This document shows positions 62,786 through 64,000 of a DNA stretch of 64,000 bases, in pieces (position 1 is the stretch's first letter; each line of letters begins with the position of its first letter). Source of the DNA: a bacterium (GTDB lineage Bacteria; Zhuqueibacterota; Zhuqueibacteria; Residuimicrobiales; Krinioviventaceae); assembly GCA_963675755.2 (NCBI GenBank), contig CAXXMD010000002.1, forward strand, positions 320,001 through 384,000, written 5' to 3'. Below the pieces are notes generated by a model. That model had not been told where the DNA came from. It saw only the letters and a list, made by a program, of their open reading frames with translations, and ran no database searches. The position numbers were made by a program, and so were the translations under genes.

Positions 62786-63998
62786 CCTTAATATCTCCGG
62801 CAAGATTGTATGTTTTATACTCTAGTGTGTTCTTGTTGATATCAATCGTTAAATATAAAGGTTCACCACCAAATCGTACATCTACAAAATCTCTGGAGGG
62901 CATTTCACGGTCCCCGTTCGGAACAGATATTGATATTACATAAATAGTACCATCAGCAGGAGATTTAACTGGTTTTTGGTTATACATGGGTTTTGACCGC
63001 ATATAATAATGAACGTGACCTGAGAATACCATATCTACATGATATTTGTCAAATAAATCTCCCCATTGTTTGCGAATCACCGGATAATCCTCTTCATAGC
63101 TGTAGGGAGGAAAATGGAAAAACGCAAATTTCCAGGTTTTATCAGAATTCGCCAATGTGTTTTCCAGCCATTTTGTTTGATCTTTTATAGGGGCTGTTGC
63201 ATCCAGCATTATAAAAAGAGCGTTGCTGTATTCAAAACTGTATACTCTTTCTTTTTCAAGAAAATCCGGGCCATTTTTAGGGTATTCAAATAAATCAAGA
63301 TACAATTGTGCTCCCAGACCATCCTGATTGTCATGATTACCAAGGGTTGTCATCATGGGACGTTGTTTTAAAACATCCTGGCCATATTCAAACCAGTGGT
63401 CCCAATCATCTCTATAAAGTCCTGTACTGACTACATCTCCACCGATTGTAAAAAAGGAGGTTGCTGGATGCTGTTTAAATGCTGCATTGATCAATTGTCC
63501 CCAATGCGGAGATCTGTGTGTATCTCCAAAATATACAAAGGAAAAAGGTTTGCTGTCTTGAGGGCCAGTAACAAATTCCGATGTATCGCTCCAGGTTTGA
63601 TCATAACCCACAGTATATTTATATGTTGTATTGGGCTCAAGCTCGACCAGTTTTGCATGAAAACGGTGTGTGTACCTGTCATTTTTTAGTAATCTGTTTT
63701 CAATTAACATTTCTTCAGCATCAGTTGTTTTCACATCCTGATTATTTGTCCAATAATGAACCTGTCCCTGGTTAATTTTGGAATTGGTTCGCCATTGTAT
63801 GTTCATAGTAGTAGATGGATCATCGCTCCAGGTCAGGGAGATCTGATCAGGATTTTCGGAAGAAGGGAAGGGAGTATTTCTGAATGCATTGATGAGGTGG
63901 GCTTCTCTTGCTCTTCCGCGTATTGTGGTAAGCAATTGATTGCCAATTAAGGATTCGGGTACCTGTGTTAAAACCAATTCATCCCAATCATGATATGT
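62763..63998 (-). CDS. Purple-acid-phosphatase-like protein (Fn3 + metallophosphoesterase), 5' truncated
   Basis: PDQISLTW, LEPNTTYKYTVG, FGDTH, GGDVV, LGNHD, HFPPY, FSGHVHYYMR; frame open to the window end. Confidence 0.9.
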   Translation of the reverse strand, partial: TYHDWDELVLTQVPESLIGNQLLTTIRGRAREAHLINAFRNTPFPSSENPDQISLTWSDDPSTTMNIQWRTNSKINQGQVHYWTNNQDVKTTDAEEMLIENRLLKNDRYTHRFHAKLVELEPNTTYKYTVGYDQTWSDTSEFVTGPQDSKPFSFVYFGDTHRSPHWGQLINAAFKQHPATSFFTIGGDVVSTGLYRDDWDHWFEYGQDVLKQRPMMTTLGNHDNQDGLGAQLYLDLFEYPKNGPDFLEKERVYSFEYSNALFIMLDATAPIKDQTKWLENTLANSDKTWKFAFFHFPPYSYEEDYPVIRKQWGDLFDKYHVDMVFSGHVHYYMRSKPMYNQKPVKSPADGTIYVISISVPNGDREMPSRDFVDVRFGGEPLYLTIDINKNTLEYKTYNLAGDIKDEFKIEK

Positions 63999-64000
63999 GA

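Overview
AT-rich bacterial chromosomal segment with about 40 CDSs and two tRNAs: tRNA-Leu(CAA) and a stand-alone selenocysteine tRNA (selC). The lineage is inferred as an FCB-group non-Bacteroidota bacterium (KSB1/Calditrichota-like), from NYPNPFNP-type C-terminal sorting domains, a PorV/PorQ-like barrel, TonB receptors without SusD, GGAG Shine-Dalgarno sites and TTGACA/TATAAT promoters. Contents in order: a truncated formylglycine-generating enzyme; a TonB receptor; a Cys-PAS sigma54 activator with a downstream -24/-12 promoter and a TPR gene; a His/Cys-rich RAPP-ended leader ORF before a czcCBA-like efflux operon; many secreted carbohydrate-related enzymes (Asp-box propeller, Tat-exported Gfo/Idh/MocA pair plus amidohydrolase, 2x GH43-like, 2x GH106-like, GH2, GH5); an Nramp + FG-GAP pair; a PEGA + FISUMP pair; a frameshifted cysteine-synthase-family gene; pgk; a VIT1/CCC1 transporter; an LVIVD protein; a TBDR/CTD-protein/PorV-like/GH5 operon; and a phosphoesterase operon. 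No integrase, transposase, CRISPR array or rRNA was seen. The most notable candidates are (1) a putative metal-sensing ribosome-arrest leader controlling an efflux pump, (2) a SusD-less PUL-like module with its own PorV-like barrel, and (3) an OrpR-like Fe-S redox-sensing sigma54 module. All assignments come from motif recognition by eye; no searches were run.
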